DNA of 61,586 bases, the filler included. It is 7 parts of 7 records of this genome, joined end to end, with 100 filler letters (N's around TTAATTAATTAA, not from the genome) between each part and the next. Parts side by side here need not be neighbours in the genome. Positions count along the whole stretch, not along the records: positions 28,320 to 33,683 come from SRR31156797_17337; positions 33,784 to 40,367 come from SRR31156797_17348; positions 40,468 to 47,717 come from SRR31156797_17351; 4 more parts are not named here. One strand, 5' to 3'. Shown here piece by piece: positions 30,483 to 40,880 of this stretch. The notes beneath the pieces were generated by a model. The model saw nothing but the letters and a program-made list of their open reading frames with translations. It was not told the DNA's origin and searched no databases. Numbering within the stretch: the first letter of the stretch is position 1; the number at the start of each line of letters is the position of its first letter. Made by a program: the position numbers and the translations under genes.

Positions 30483-31178
30483 ATGATGAATGACAATAAC
30501 ATTGTTTTCAAAGAAGAACAAAAATGGGAAAACATGTGGATTCCACAAGCTGTTTTTGTCCTTTTTATACTTGGTGCCATAGGACTAATTTTGCAGATAT
30601 ATTCAATGCAAAAGAACCACCCAATGCTGGCATCTTCAGAAGGTAATATGATTGCGGGTCTAATGCTAGTCATTCCAATCCTGCTACTGGTAGCTACCAC
30701 ACAGTTCAAACAGGTAACTGAAGTTAGAAACGGTAGTCTTCGTGTTTATTTAGATCCCCTCCTTGACAGTAGTGCAGAAATAAAATTTGGTGACATCAAA
30801 TCATGTGAAGTACGTAACCTTAGTTCAAGTACTAAGACCCGAAAGGCCACTATAAGATTTAAACCCAAGTACTCACCATATCGTGAAAGAGGTGTTTATG
30901 CTATCAAAGGTAACAAAATAGTTGAACTTGAGCTTGAAAACGGTGAGATAATCAAAATTGGATCCCAACGTCCGGATGAACTGGCAGCAGCGATTACCAA
31001 TGGCATGAACTATTATTTTAATGTACCATCTCCTATGAGCATAAAGGAGAAACTGGATATATCACGTCATATGTTTTTCATTTTCCGTATCGCATTTATA
31101 GCAATTATAATGGGGGTCATGCTGCTAGTTAAATATCAGAATGAGCTCGGATTATATGACATATTACAGAATATTTAA
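30483..31178 (+). CDS. Membrane protein (DUF6141-like N-terminal part)
   Basis: FKEEQ N-terminus, two TMs, GNK.VELEL.NG..I.IGSQRPDELA motif. Confidence 0.6.
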   Translation: MMNDNNIVFKEEQKWENMWIPQAVFVLFILGAIGLILQIYSMQKNHPMLASSEGNMIAGLMLVIPILLLVATTQFKQVTEVRNGSLRVYLDPLLDSSAEIKFGDIKSCEVRNLSSSTKTRKATIRFKPKYSPYRERGVYAIKGNKIVELELENGEIIKIGSQRPDELAAAITNGMNYYFNVPSPMSIKEKLDISRHMFFIFRIAFIAIIMGVMLLVKYQNELGLYDILQNI

Positions 31179-31232
31179 AGCTATGAAAAAGATGGCAACT
31201 GGCCATCCCCATCTTTATTCTATTTTATATTT

Positions 31233-31415
31233 TTATCCGCGCACAGGACGCACATAGTTGTAGATTCTTATAGAATCACCCTGTGGAGCATCATTTCTAT
31301 AATCATCAGGGTCCCCTGATTTCGGGTCACTTCTCTGTGCTCCGATACATCCTGCAACAAATATCACCATGATGATGACACATATAGAACAAATGATCTT
31401 CTTTCGTGTAAGCAT
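31233..31415 (-). pseudogene. Internally deleted DUF1566 (Lcl)-type lipoprotein
   Basis: Lipoprotein signal VAGC joined directly to GAQRSDPKSGDP...PQGD.IRIYNYVR.VR, the conserved C-terminus of DUF1566 proteins. Confidence 0.6.
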
Positions 31416-31570
31416 TATAGTCTCTCCTGAGAATTGAATAAAATATAAAACTACATATATTAAAAATGTTACTTGTAGCTACAGCCAGAAAGAAACTCAT
31501 TAAAAGATTAGTGACTCAATGTCACTACAAAAATTTATTATTATATAAGAAGAATTAATATCTAAAGATT

Positions 31571-32494
31571 TTGGAGTCTGCTATGATTACTAATAGAGAA
31601 AAAACTACAATAATTATACTGTTTGCCATATTCCTCAGTATTTTATTCCAGAGTACTGCAATCGCTTACACAACCGGCCTTGAAAGCAATTCACGGTTCA
31701 TAGCTGCAAAGGGCACTATTCCTGATAATATTGACCAGGAATGGAATAGTTCACTTACCGACTGCTGGTTTCATCTGACCAAAAATAAGCCCTATTCACA
31801 ATTCGATATTTCTATTGTAAGTTATGTTGGTACCGGTGGTAACTATATTCGAGTTGATCTTGACCCTTATTATCAGGAACAGCTAAACGAAACAAAAATA
31901 GATGAAATATACCGGAATATTGAAAATTATTGTGAAAATACCGTTGGCCTTAGTGAAGTTCCTCTTGTATTCATGTGGGATGAAGAAACTTCATCCCTGC
32001 CTGAACTTGGACAAAGTGGTTTTGAAGAGGCAGAAAAAAGGCCGGGATTCATTGAAGCCAGGGGAACAATACCAGAAATCACTGAAGATGGAAAAAAGAG
32101 AGAATGGTATGGTCAGCTATCTGCCAGTGCTCCTGCACAGAAAGTAAATGAGTATGCAACTGAAAATAATGTAGCTCTTGCTAGTTTTGGCTATGATGGT
32201 CGTGGATATTTGTGGGTTGGATTCATCAATGAAGTAGATGAATCAACAATAGATGAGATCTACGACCTCATTGAAACACATTACGAACAGGTTGGGATAT
32301 ATGATGTACCCGTCGTATTTACAGTATCAGGTGAATTCATTGAGGAGGTAGGTGACCCGAGTTACCCCATAATGTTAGTAATAGCATTCATTGTTTTTTT
32401 GAGAGATGAAATCGTACCTATACTGCCAGGTATTATCATAATAATGCTTTTAGTTGGAACTTTTGTGATACTAAGAAGAAGGAAAAATAGGTGA
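31571..32494 (+). CDS. Secreted/surface protein with two internal repeats, C-terminal TM anchor
   Basis: Signal peptide; repeat FI.A.GTIP...W...L...IDEIY..I......G..(D/E)VP.VF present twice; C-terminal TMs and RRRKNR. Confidence 0.75.
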   Translation: MESAMITNREKTTIIILFAIFLSILFQSTAIAYTTGLESNSRFIAAKGTIPDNIDQEWNSSLTDCWFHLTKNKPYSQFDISIVSYVGTGGNYIRVDLDPYYQEQLNETKIDEIYRNIENYCENTVGLSEVPLVFMWDEETSSLPELGQSGFEEAEKRPGFIEARGTIPEITEDGKKREWYGQLSASAPAQKVNEYATENNVALASFGYDGRGYLWVGFINEVDESTIDEIYDLIETHYEQVGIYDVPVVFTVSGEFIEEVGDPSYPIMLVIAFIVFLRDEIVPILPGIIIIMLLVGTFVILRRRKNR

Positions 32495-32521
32495 TCTTTA
32501 TTTCATTCAGAGGTTTCTATC

Positions 32522-33394
32522 ATGTTCATTGGAAAAAAAGTACTTGGAACACTATTCATTATATTATCTATTTTGTTGCTTTCAGGCACATCAAGTGCTT
32601 TTACAACAGAAATAGAATATAGCCTGCAATTTATAACAACAAAAGGAAACGTAACCGATTCAACTGAAATTACTGATTGCTGGAACCATTTGAATAATCT
32701 GGATAACTATTCAGAACTTGATATTTCTGTAAAAAGCTTTGATAACAAACTCCATTACATAGCCGTTGAATTAGATTCGGATTATAAAGAAGAGATAGAT
32801 GATGCAAGAATTGATGAAATATATCAGAAAATAAATTCTGCATGCTATCCAATTTCCCAGTCAGATGAAATACCTGTGCTTTTTATGTGGGATAAGCCAG
32901 TTTATAGTTTTTACAAAGGAACAAAAATGTCAGGGTTCATAGAAGCAAGAGGAACAATACCTGAGATTAATGGAACTGAAGAAGCAAGGGAATGGTATGG
33001 TCTATTAGCTAAAAACACCCCAGTGACAGTAATAGAACCTTACATGTCAAATGGTGGACATGTGGTGGGATTCGGAACAAATATCAATGGATATCTGGCA
33101 GTATATTTCGATACTACATACCAAACAACTGTAAATAAATCAACAATAGATGAGATGTATGAACTTATTGATCAACATTATAAAAAAGTAGGCATCAGTG
33201 ATGTACCAGTTCTTTTCGTTGGAGGTGTAGAGACTGTTCTGGACGTGGAACCTGAAGGTGAAGCATCTCCTGAGACACTTCCCTCTGATGAAGATGATAA
33301 AAATGTTGAAGATGAGAACAACCAAGCACCCGGTTTCACCTCAATCATGTTGATATTAGGAATAGCATTTGTACTTAAATTCGGGAAAAGGTAG
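32522..33394 (+). CDS. Paralogous secreted protein with PGF-CTERM sorting signal
   Basis: Same two-repeat architecture; acidic linker, then APGFT-hydrophobic-KR (archaeosortase A substrate signature). Confidence 0.8.
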   Translation: MFIGKKVLGTLFIILSILLLSGTSSAFTTEIEYSLQFITTKGNVTDSTEITDCWNHLNNLDNYSELDISVKSFDNKLHYIAVELDSDYKEEIDDARIDEIYQKINSACYPISQSDEIPVLFMWDKPVYSFYKGTKMSGFIEARGTIPEINGTEEAREWYGLLAKNTPVTVIEPYMSNGGHVVGFGTNINGYLAVYFDTTYQTTVNKSTIDEMYELIDQHYKKVGISDVPVLFVGGVETVLDVEPEGEASPETLPSDEDDKNVEDENNQAPGFTSIMLILGIAFVLKFGKR

Positions 33395-33516
33395 GCTATC
33401 TACCTTTTTACTTTAATTAAAAAACAAGGAACCTGTAGAAGCCTTGCTAATTACAACTTTGAACTAAGCAATTTTCAATCACAGTATTATTTTAATTCCT
33501 TCAGGATGGTAGCGAA

Positions 33517-33676
33517 GGAACGTGCCGCCTGCGGCGGGTGGCCGCATCGTTCTTTTTTGTCAATGGTTTTTTGTAGAACTATTAGAAATACGGGTGCAGA
33601 GGATAATAGTTAGACTAATCGAAGCTCTGAATGACTAAAACCGTCCCGAAGGGTCCCGGCGAAGCCGGCACGATCC
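33517..33676. mobile_element. MITE/REP-like element with hairpin-bearing inverted ends
   Basis: Ends GGAACGTGCCG and CGGCACGATCC (10/11 inverted match), each with a GC hairpin; GC-rich in AT-rich context; lies at the contig end. Confidence 0.6.
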
Positions 33677-33683
33677 AAAAAAG

Positions 33684-33783
33684 NNNNNNNNNNNNNNNNN
33701 NNNNNNNNNNNNNNNNNNNNNNNNNNNTTAATTAATTAANNNNNNNNNNNNNNNNNNNNNNNNNNNNNNNNNNNNNNNNNNNN
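33684..33783. other. Artificial contig-joining spacer
   Basis: N-run/TTAATTAATTAA/N-run. Confidence 0.99.
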
Positions 33784-35193
33784 TTCAACAGCTGCATTTA
33801 AAGATAGAATATTAGTTTGGAAAGCAATTTGATCAATGACACTAATTGCATCACTAATTGCATTGACTTCAGAATTGATCTCATCCATTGCTTTTGTTGT
33901 TTGGTTTGCTAAGTTTTGTCCACTATTTGTTGCCTCAGTTACTTTAGAAGCATATGTGGACATTTTGACTACATTTTCAGTATTATTAGAGATATTTGAA
34001 GTAACTTCTTCAATAGCTGCTGCAGTCTCTTCTAATGCAACAGCAGCTTGATTTGAATTGCTATTTAAAAGGTTTACATTTTTTAAAAGGGTATCACTGC
34101 TTTGATCTAAAGTAAGACCATTTGATTTATTTTCAATAAGCATATTTGTAATAGAATCACCCAAGTTATTAACTCCACTTGATAGTTTTAATAGATGTTC
34201 TTTTAAATCAGTATTGTCTATTTTGTCTAAATAGTTATAGTTACTATACTTATCTAATACTGTAAGTACACTGGTTATGTTGTTTTCTAGATTATCTGCC
34301 ATTTTATTTAAAACAGATTTTAACTCCATTAGTGAAGGATTGGCTACATTTGTATTTAGTCTTTGTGAAAGATCACCCTGTTCAAAGTTTCCTAAAACAA
34401 GGATAGTTTCATCAATTAGCTTTCTATCTTCTTCAATCCCTTTTTGAGTTTTTATAATATTTTCATTAACTGATTTTGACATAAGACCAAACTCATCCTT
34501 ACCATTATCATCTAATCTTTCAACACTTGAAACTTCTTTGTTTAAATACTGAAAGAATTGGTTTAATCCAATTTGAAATTTGCTTAGTGATGAAGTAATG
34601 ATATTAGAGATTATTAGTGAACTTATAATAAAAATAATAGTAGCTATAATAGCAATTGATATAAGAAGTATTTGCATAGTACTCATAGCATCTGTAACTT
34701 GATTTAAAGCACTTTCATTGATTTTTATAATCTCTTTTTCAAGCTGTGTACCTACTTTAACCATATCTTTAATTATAGGCTTTAGTTCAGGAGTTTCATT
34801 AAGTCCATTATTAAAATCAATAATTCTTTGTTTTGAAAACTTATCAAAAAGAATAATATATTTTTTTGAAAATGTAACTATCTGATTAACTGTATTGAAA
34901 TCCTCTTGCAGTACAAGTCTTTGTTTTAGATCAGTTACAGTTTTTTGAAGATCTTCAAAATAGTCACGGACAACATGAGCTTTTTGATTATTAGGATCTC
35001 GTAAAAATTGATAAACAGCAATCCTTCCTTTTAGAACATCTTGGACAATTACTTCTGTTTCTATTGCTACACTTGAACGTTGTTTTTCAATACTATTATA
35101 GTAAGTATATACTAAAGCAGATACTATAATAATGATAATAAAAATCAATGGCAAAAGCATCATTTTTATTTTAGTTGAGAGGTTATTAAACAT
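33784..35193 (-). CDS. Methyl-accepting chemotaxis protein, 3'-truncated
   Basis: Two TMs, HAMP-like KDEFG.M, LEETAAAIEE and IDQIAFQTNILSLNAAVE. Confidence 0.93.
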
Positions 35194-35263
35194 TGTATAT
35201 GATCCTTCAATTATTTTTTTTAATTATAATAAATAATAAATAATAAGTAATAAGTAAATTAAA

Positions 35264-35282
35264 TGTCACAAAAGTTGTGACA
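35264..35282. promoter_or_regulatory. Palindromic putative transcription-factor site between the divergent MCP and mgsA genes
   Basis: TGTCACAA-AAG-TTGTGACA perfect 8-bp inverted repeat. Confidence 0.4.
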
Positions 35283-35385
35283 ATACTTAAAATATACTGA
35301 ATAAGTTTCTAATTATTTGATCAATTCAAGTTAAAAGTATAGTTTTATGCTAAAATTTTATAAATAATGAAAAAGGTTTTGAAGT

Positions 35386-35802
35386 ATGAATATAGCATTA
35401 GTAGCTCACGATAATCTCAAACATGAACTAATTGATTGGGCTTTATTTAATAAAGGGACACTACAAAAACATGTGATCTATGCCACAGGAACCACTGGGC
35501 GACTTTTAGAAGAAAAAGGGTTTGGAGTACATAAATTAAAATCGGGTCCACTTGGTGGAGATCAGCAGATAGGGGCTAGGATAGCTGAGGGGAAACTTGA
35601 TATTTTATTTTTCTTTGTAGATCCAATGGCAGCGCAACCTCATGAGCCAGATATCTCAGCTCTTAGACGTATTTGTGATACTTATTTGATACCTATTGCA
35701 ACAAATAGACAAACAGCAGATTTTATTATCTCTTCCCCTTTGTTTGCTGGGTATGAACATGAGATGCCAGATTGGTCAAAGTATCAAAATAGGAAAGTAT
35801 AA
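35386..35802 (+). CDS. mgsA: Methylglyoxal synthase
   Basis: IALVAHD..K, ATGTTG, SGPLGGDQQIG and QPHEPD motifs. Confidence 0.95.
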   Translation: MNIALVAHDNLKHELIDWALFNKGTLQKHVIYATGTTGRLLEEKGFGVHKLKSGPLGGDQQIGARIAEGKLDILFFFVDPMAAQPHEPDISALRRICDTYLIPIATNRQTADFIISSPLFAGYEHEMPDWSKYQNRKV

Positions 35803-35808
35803 AAGAGA

Positions 35809-36273
35809 CTAGCTCGTATAGATATCCTCTTTTTTCTTTTTAATAAATGAAGTGGTAAAGTATATCTCTCTTAGAAAAAGAATAAGTGCTGTTACTAAAA
35901 ACATCATTGCTAAGACAAAAAGTACAGAGATAAATACACCACTATCAAACGAAAGCAGGGCACTTAAAAACACACTCATAATAACCATAGCTACCATAAG
36001 CCCTGTAGCTGTACAAAAAAAGATCGCTAAGTTTGTATTTTCTAATCGCATCACTAAAAATTCACGTCTTCTAACCATAGTTTTAGGTTGTACATAGTTA
36101 GGGTCAGTATCTTCTTGCCCATGGACATAATCATCTAGTTTTTCTAGCTTGTCAATAACTCGTGTGAGCCTACTTGTAAAGACATTTAAAAGTCCAGCAA
36201 CTCCAGCGAGTAAAAATACTGGAGCAACTGCTAGTTGGATAAGATGAACAATATCTATATTATCTGCGATCAT
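35809..36273 (-). CDS. DUF2721-family membrane protein
   Basis: IQLAVAPVFLL.GV..LLNV.T.RL.RV.D signature. Confidence 0.85.
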   Translation of the reverse strand: MIADNIDIVHLIQLAVAPVFLLAGVAGLLNVFTSRLTRVIDKLEKLDDYVHGQEDTDPNYVQPKTMVRRREFLVMRLENTNLAIFFCTATGLMVAMVIMSVFLSALLSFDSGVFISVLFVLAMMFLVTALILFLREIYFTTSFIKKKKEDIYTS

Positions 36274-36433
36274 TTAGTGTGTACCTTTTATTTCAATAGA
36301 GTAATTATATAAGAAATATGTAAAAATAAACTTTTTCTTAAAAATACTTTTTTTCGCAATATTATCGCGAATGAAAAAACTTTTAGACATTTTTGCTAAG
36401 ATATATTTATAAATAATAAAAAGCGATGAAAAA

Positions 36434-37279
36434 ATGTTAACCCCTTCACAAACTCTCAAAGCCTTATCTTATAGTTCTGGACATAAAGCTCAAATGCCTA
36501 TATTAAGTATTATTTTTCTCTCTATTATGGCTGGTGGTGCTATAGCAATGGGTGATATATTTTGGGCACATACTGTTGTGGGGATATCAACCCCTGGAGT
36601 TGCAAACTTTTTAGGTGGTATAGCTTTTTCTGCAGGTCTTATGATGGTAGTATTCTTTGGGGGACACCTATTTACAAGTTCGGTTCTAACAGGTGTGACC
36701 ACCATAGAAAAGAAACTCTCTGTATCAAAGATGACTTTTTATTGGATTATAGTTTGGGTATTTAATTTTGTAGGCTCTATATTGATAGCATATATGTACT
36801 ATAAATCAAATCTACCACTTAAATATGATGGAGAGATATTAAAACACTTTGTTCTTATAGGGGCTAATAAAACCTCATTAGGTTTTGAAGAAGCGTTAAT
36901 AAGAGGAATTTTTTGTAATATATTTGTGTGCATGGCAGTATGGGTTGCAATAGCAGCAAAAGATACAGCAGGGAAGATACTAGGAATTGTATTTTTAATT
37001 AGTGCATTTGTTGCTTCTGGATTTGAGCATTGTGTAGCTAATATGTTTATCATTACAGAAGCCTTATTTGCTAAAGCACATTATCTATCCCAGTTAAATG
37101 GAGATATTGAAGCTCTATCTGTATTAGTTCATACTCCAATAGAAAAGATAAATAACCTTTCAATAGAAGGATTATTCCTAACAAATTTAGTTCCAGTAAC
37201 ACTAGGAAATATTATAGGTGGATTGGTTTTTATTGGGATTGTTGGATTTATGTCTCATAAGGTAGATATGGAAGAATAA
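36434..37279 (+). CDS. Formate/nitrite transporter (FNT) family channel
   Basis: LFTS, GIFCN.FVC.AVW, GFEHCVANMF and VTLGNIIGG motifs. Confidence 0.92.
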   Translation: MLTPSQTLKALSYSSGHKAQMPILSIIFLSIMAGGAIAMGDIFWAHTVVGISTPGVANFLGGIAFSAGLMMVVFFGGHLFTSSVLTGVTTIEKKLSVSKMTFYWIIVWVFNFVGSILIAYMYYKSNLPLKYDGEILKHFVLIGANKTSLGFEEALIRGIFCNIFVCMAVWVAIAAKDTAGKILGIVFLISAFVASGFEHCVANMFIITEALFAKAHYLSQLNGDIEALSVLVHTPIEKINNLSIEGLFLTNLVPVTLGNIIGGLVFIGIVGFMSHKVDMEE

Positions 37280-37316
37280 AAAACAAGCTATTCTAAGCTC
37301 ATCACATTAGAAAGCT

Positions 37317-38720
37317 TTAGCTATCTAATGCAATTGCTTTGGCAAAATAAGGGTTTGAAAGTTGGTATTTACTAAGAATTCTACTATAAAGCACACTATT
37401 ACTAAACATATCACCCATCATGATGATACTATCAAGTTTAAATTTCTCTTTGAGTTGATTTAAAGTGGTAATAGCCATATCTGCTAATGCTTCAAAGATA
37501 GAATACGCTAAGTAGTGTGTATCTACACCAGCTAGTTTAAAGCTGATAATTGAGCCTATAAATGAATCATAATCAAATCCAGCATCTATATAGTTTGTAT
37601 CTACTTTTAGACCACCATTACCTCTAAACTCATACCCTTTATCACTTACTGCTTCGAACCCTTTATTTTTAAGTTCTAAAATAACTGAAATAGTTTCAAA
37701 AAGTCCAAGAGTAGGGCTATCTTCAAGTTCTTGTGCAATTTCAGGATATTTAGCTTTAAAGTTTGAGTAGAGTTTTACCCTTTTTTCATCATTTTGAAAA
37801 TTTTCAAGTAGTTTTTTTAGATCAAACTCTTGAAAAGTGATCACTTTTTTACTTCCTAGTTCATTACTTGCTAAAAAGTTAATACCTTTGGTACTTAGAT
37901 TTGCAGCGATTGCACCTTTAGTAAATCCAGCTTCCTCTTTTATATTTAAAAATCTATTGATTGTAGGGTCTTCATCTAAAGATTGTAAGGGAGTTGCTAC
38001 TCTTGAAGCTTTGATAATAGTGGTGTTTTTTTGTACGATTACTATTTTTAGATCATTTGTATCTTCAAAGAAAAGATACTCTACACCACTCTCTTTTGCA
38101 TTGATTGCAGCTAAAGCACTTCTATTATTGTAAGGAGCTTTGATATAGATATAGTTTTTTCCTGTAAGCTCTTTGATGGTTTCATCTTTGATAGTTGCTT
38201 TAATTGTTGGTTTTTCGATACTAAATAAAGCTTTGATCTCATCTTCTGTAACGATAAAAAGTTCATTGGTTTTTGTTGCATCAGTGATGAGAATTGAAGA
38301 GTTTTCACTATAGTGAGGTGAAAAGATAGTATAGTCTTCAAAAATCTCATCACTAGGATTACTATAATGATCACATTGTAATGATTCATCTAAATAGTGA
38401 GTTGAACTTGGATCATTGAGCATCTCTAGACATTTATTGCATGGGGCGATATTGTATTGTTTTGAAGTAAAGTTTGATGGAGTAATCGTATCTTCACTTT
38501 GTTCTGTTTGTATCTCCCCTATGAAGAGTGAATGGGGAAGGTATTTTGAGATATTTGCATCTAAAAGCCCTAAGTTTTTATCCGTATCATCAATAAAAAG
38601 TGTAATAATATTATCTTCAAAACTTACACTCGCATTAGCTTCACTTATATTGATAAGATTTTGGATAAATCCAGCAAAATATCGATTTTGACTCTTATAT
38701 TCTATAGTTTGTTTGATCAT
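37317..38720 (-). CDS. hydE: Campylobacterota hydrogenase accessory protein HydE (HypF-related)
   Basis: Overlaps the hydD stop; LPHSLF, CxxC and degenerate HypF-like C-terminus; position matches hydABCDE. Confidence 0.7.
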   Translation of the reverse strand: MIKQTIEYKSQNRYFAGFIQNLINISEANASVSFEDNIITLFIDDTDKNLGLLDANISKYLPHSLFIGEIQTEQSEDTITPSNFTSKQYNIAPCNKCLEMLNDPSSTHYLDESLQCDHYSNPSDEIFEDYTIFSPHYSENSSILITDATKTNELFIVTEDEIKALFSIEKPTIKATIKDETIKELTGKNYIYIKAPYNNRSALAAINAKESGVEYLFFEDTNDLKIVIVQKNTTIIKASRVATPLQSLDEDPTINRFLNIKEEAGFTKGAIAANLSTKGINFLASNELGSKKVITFQEFDLKKLLENFQNDEKRVKLYSNFKAKYPEIAQELEDSPTLGLFETISVILELKNKGFEAVSDKGYEFRGNGGLKVDTNYIDAGFDYDSFIGSIISFKLAGVDTHYLAYSIFEALADMAITTLNQLKEKFKLDSIIMMGDMFSNSVLYSRILSKYQLSNPYFAKAIALDS

Positions 38721-39283
38721 TGTTTTACGTCCTCATGGTATTGTCTACGTTCACTTTGAGGATCTTTATAACTAGCAATGATATCCTCTAAAAGAACTTC
38801 TGTTTGTTTTTTTGTTGCTTTGATCCCTGATTTTTCTAGCTCATCAAGTGTTGTTTGAACAAAGTGAGGAAATTGTTCTTTTAAAGTATCCGTTAAACCT
38901 ACATTTACACTTGCTATATCAGCAGGGACAATCCCTATGATATTGACTTCTGCCATCTTTTCAAGTAAAGAACATATCTCAAGCATCTCTACGATCTCAA
39001 CTTCATGGGCTGTTTGTTTATAACTTCCAAGCCCCATAAGTTCATTTGCAGGAAGATTGTAGATCGATCCTGCTGTGTCATTTTCCATAGTGATTGTATC
39101 AAGGATAAGAACTCTATCATAGTCTTGATAGTAAGTCATCAATTGAAACCCTAAAACCCCACCATCTACAAAAGTGATATCATCTTCAAAAGAATAATTT
39201 TCACTAATATATTTTTGAGCATACACCCCAACACCTTCATCTTGGAAGATGATCGTTCCAGCTCCAATTACTGCTGTTCTCAT
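38717..39283 (-). CDS. hydD: Hydrogenase maturation endopeptidase
   Basis: G.G.I...DEGVGV, VDGG.LG and TAHEV motifs. Confidence 0.9.
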   Translation of the reverse strand: MRTAVIGAGTIIFQDEGVGVYAQKYISENYSFEDDITFVDGGVLGFQLMTYYQDYDRVLILDTITMENDTAGSIYNLPANELMGLGSYKQTAHEVEIVEMLEICSLLEKMAEVNIIGIVPADIASVNVGLTDTLKEQFPHFVQTTLDELEKSGIKATKKQTEVLLEDIIASYKDPQSERRQYHEDVKQ

Positions 39284-39297
39284 AAAAACCTTTCATA

Positions 39298-39331
39298 AAA
39301 AAAGGGCTTAATATTTTGATTAAGCCCTTTA
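39298..39331 (-). terminator. Intra-operon stem-loop between hydC and hydD
   Basis: AAAAGGGCTTAAT...ATTAAGCCCTTTT with a T-run on the minus strand. Confidence 0.55.
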
Positions 39332-39372
39332 TATTTTGCTAATTAAATAGTACTGAAAAATATGTTAAATAA

Positions 39373-40074
39373 CTATTTTTCTGCCTTCTTATATTTACTT
39401 CCACCAATAACAATAGAGATGTCTCCCTCTTGCCAAAAGATTGTTCTCCATATCTGATAATAGATATGAAACATCACCCATACAATAATTGCATACATTG
39501 TATAGTGGTGTGAAAGTCTTACATCCATATATGTTCCACCAGTTGCCCATACTGTCCAATCTGTAGCAAGATGAAGCATAGCAGGCCACCAATTACCAAT
39601 TGAGCTGAGCCCTGAAGCTAAACCATGTACATAAAGTTGTAATCCAGTTAAAAGCATCCATAGAAGCATTAAGTGGAAGATGAAGAAAAATACTGCATTA
39701 AAGCTATCTCCATGAGTTGAATCAAATTTTTTTACTCTATTTAAAGTGATAAGATTGATTAATACTTCACCAAACTCTTTAATGTTTTTTCCATTTGGGA
39801 TAAGCTTTTTATATGGTTTCTCAAATCGAGAGAAAAAATATAAATAAGCAACTACGATACTACTCACATCAAAAATGATCGCAGCCATAAAGTGTATCCA
39901 TCTATTCCAAGCCATTACATATTTATCAACTGCTGGATCAGCGATCAGTGTTTGATAGTACGGATGTCCGATGTAAAGCCCAGTTATGATCGCAGCGACC
40001 ATACATATCGCCACAATCCAATGGTTCCACCGCATAAATGCGGTCATTCTTTTTACTTTGTTATAAGAAGCCAT
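39373..40074 (-). CDS. hydC: Ni/Fe-hydrogenase cytochrome b subunit
   Basis: RW.HW, ITGLYI, R.IH, HH...W...HIY heme ligands. Confidence 0.9.
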   Translation of the reverse strand: MASYNKVKRMTAFMRWNHWIVAICMVAAIITGLYIGHPYYQTLIADPAVDKYVMAWNRWIHFMAAIIFDVSSIVVAYLYFFSRFEKPYKKLIPNGKNIKEFGEVLINLITLNRVKKFDSTHGDSFNAVFFFIFHLMLLWMLLTGLQLYVHGLASGLSSIGNWWPAMLHLATDWTVWATGGTYMDVRLSHHYTMYAIIVWVMFHIYYQIWRTIFWQEGDISIVIGGSKYKKAEK

Positions 40075-40090
40075 ATCTTCCTCCCTTATA

Positions 40091-40366
40091 CTATACTGAA
40101 CAACTTGTATTGACTTTAAAGCTACTTAATTCTTTCCCTTTAGTATCTACAATATGTACGGCACACGCAATACATGGATCAAAACTATGGATAGTTCGTA
40201 GAATCTCTAATGGTTGATCCACATCAGCTACTTTTGTTCCAATAAGTGATGCTTCATAAGCTCCCATTCTGTTTTTATAATCTCTAGGAGCTGCATTCCA
40301 AGTTGATGGAACAACAGCTTGATAGTTTTCTATCTTACCATCTTTGATTTTTACCCAGTGACCTAA
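40091..40366 (-). CDS. hydB: Group 1 NiFe-hydrogenase large subunit, C-terminal part (truncated by the contig end; not in the ORF track)
   Basis: [24 protein letters not shown]...[15 protein letters not shown] (L2 motif) plus a cleavable C-terminal extension. Confidence 0.93.
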   Translation of the reverse strand, partial: LGHWVKIKDGKIENYQAVVPSTWNAAPRDYKNRMGAYEASLIGTKVADVDQPLEILRTIHSFDPCIACAVHIVDTKGKELSSFKVNTSCSV

Positions 40367-40367
40367 A

Positions 40368-40467
40368 NNNNNNNNNNNNNNNNNNNNNNNNNNNNNNNNN
40401 NNNNNNNNNNNTTAATTAATTAANNNNNNNNNNNNNNNNNNNNNNNNNNNNNNNNNNNNNNNNNNNN
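40368..40467. other. Artificial contig-joining spacer
   Basis: N-run/TTAATTAATTAA/N-run. Confidence 0.99.
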
Positions 40468-40800
40468 GGTGAAATTAATGTTTTTGTCATAATGATATTG
40501 CCCCCTTTTTTTATTTTAATAAAATTTAATTTTAATTAATTAAGAGTTTTAACCAAACTCATCGTACACCATATATATACACTATGATTCTTTAAAAGTC
40601 AACTTGTTCAAAAATAAATATATTCGTCTTTTTTTCACACTGTTCCAGAAACTGTTATTTAATTGGCTTGACTTAATTTCCTTAGTTAATTAAATTAATC
40701 TTTTTTATTAAAAAAAAGTATTAGTTTCCTGAGTGATAAAATTAGTCGCAAAGAATATTTAACAAAAAGATAAATTTTTAACCAATATCTAATAAAAACT

Positions 40801-40829
40801 TTGAAAATTTTTATATTTAAAAGTATAAT
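40801..40829 (+). promoter_or_regulatory. Sigma70-type promoter
   Basis: TTGAAA-17 nt-TATAAT upstream of SD AAGGAGG (40864-40870). Confidence 0.65.
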
Positions 40830-40880
40830 TTGTTAAAGGAAGTGTCTAAAAAAATTATTTTGAAAGGAGGCATGACTTTT

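Noticed and set aside
40468..40490. Minus-strand gene start MTKTLISP at the contig edge, resembling a glycerol dehydrogenase N-terminus
   Set aside because: Only 7 full codons are visible, too short to call.
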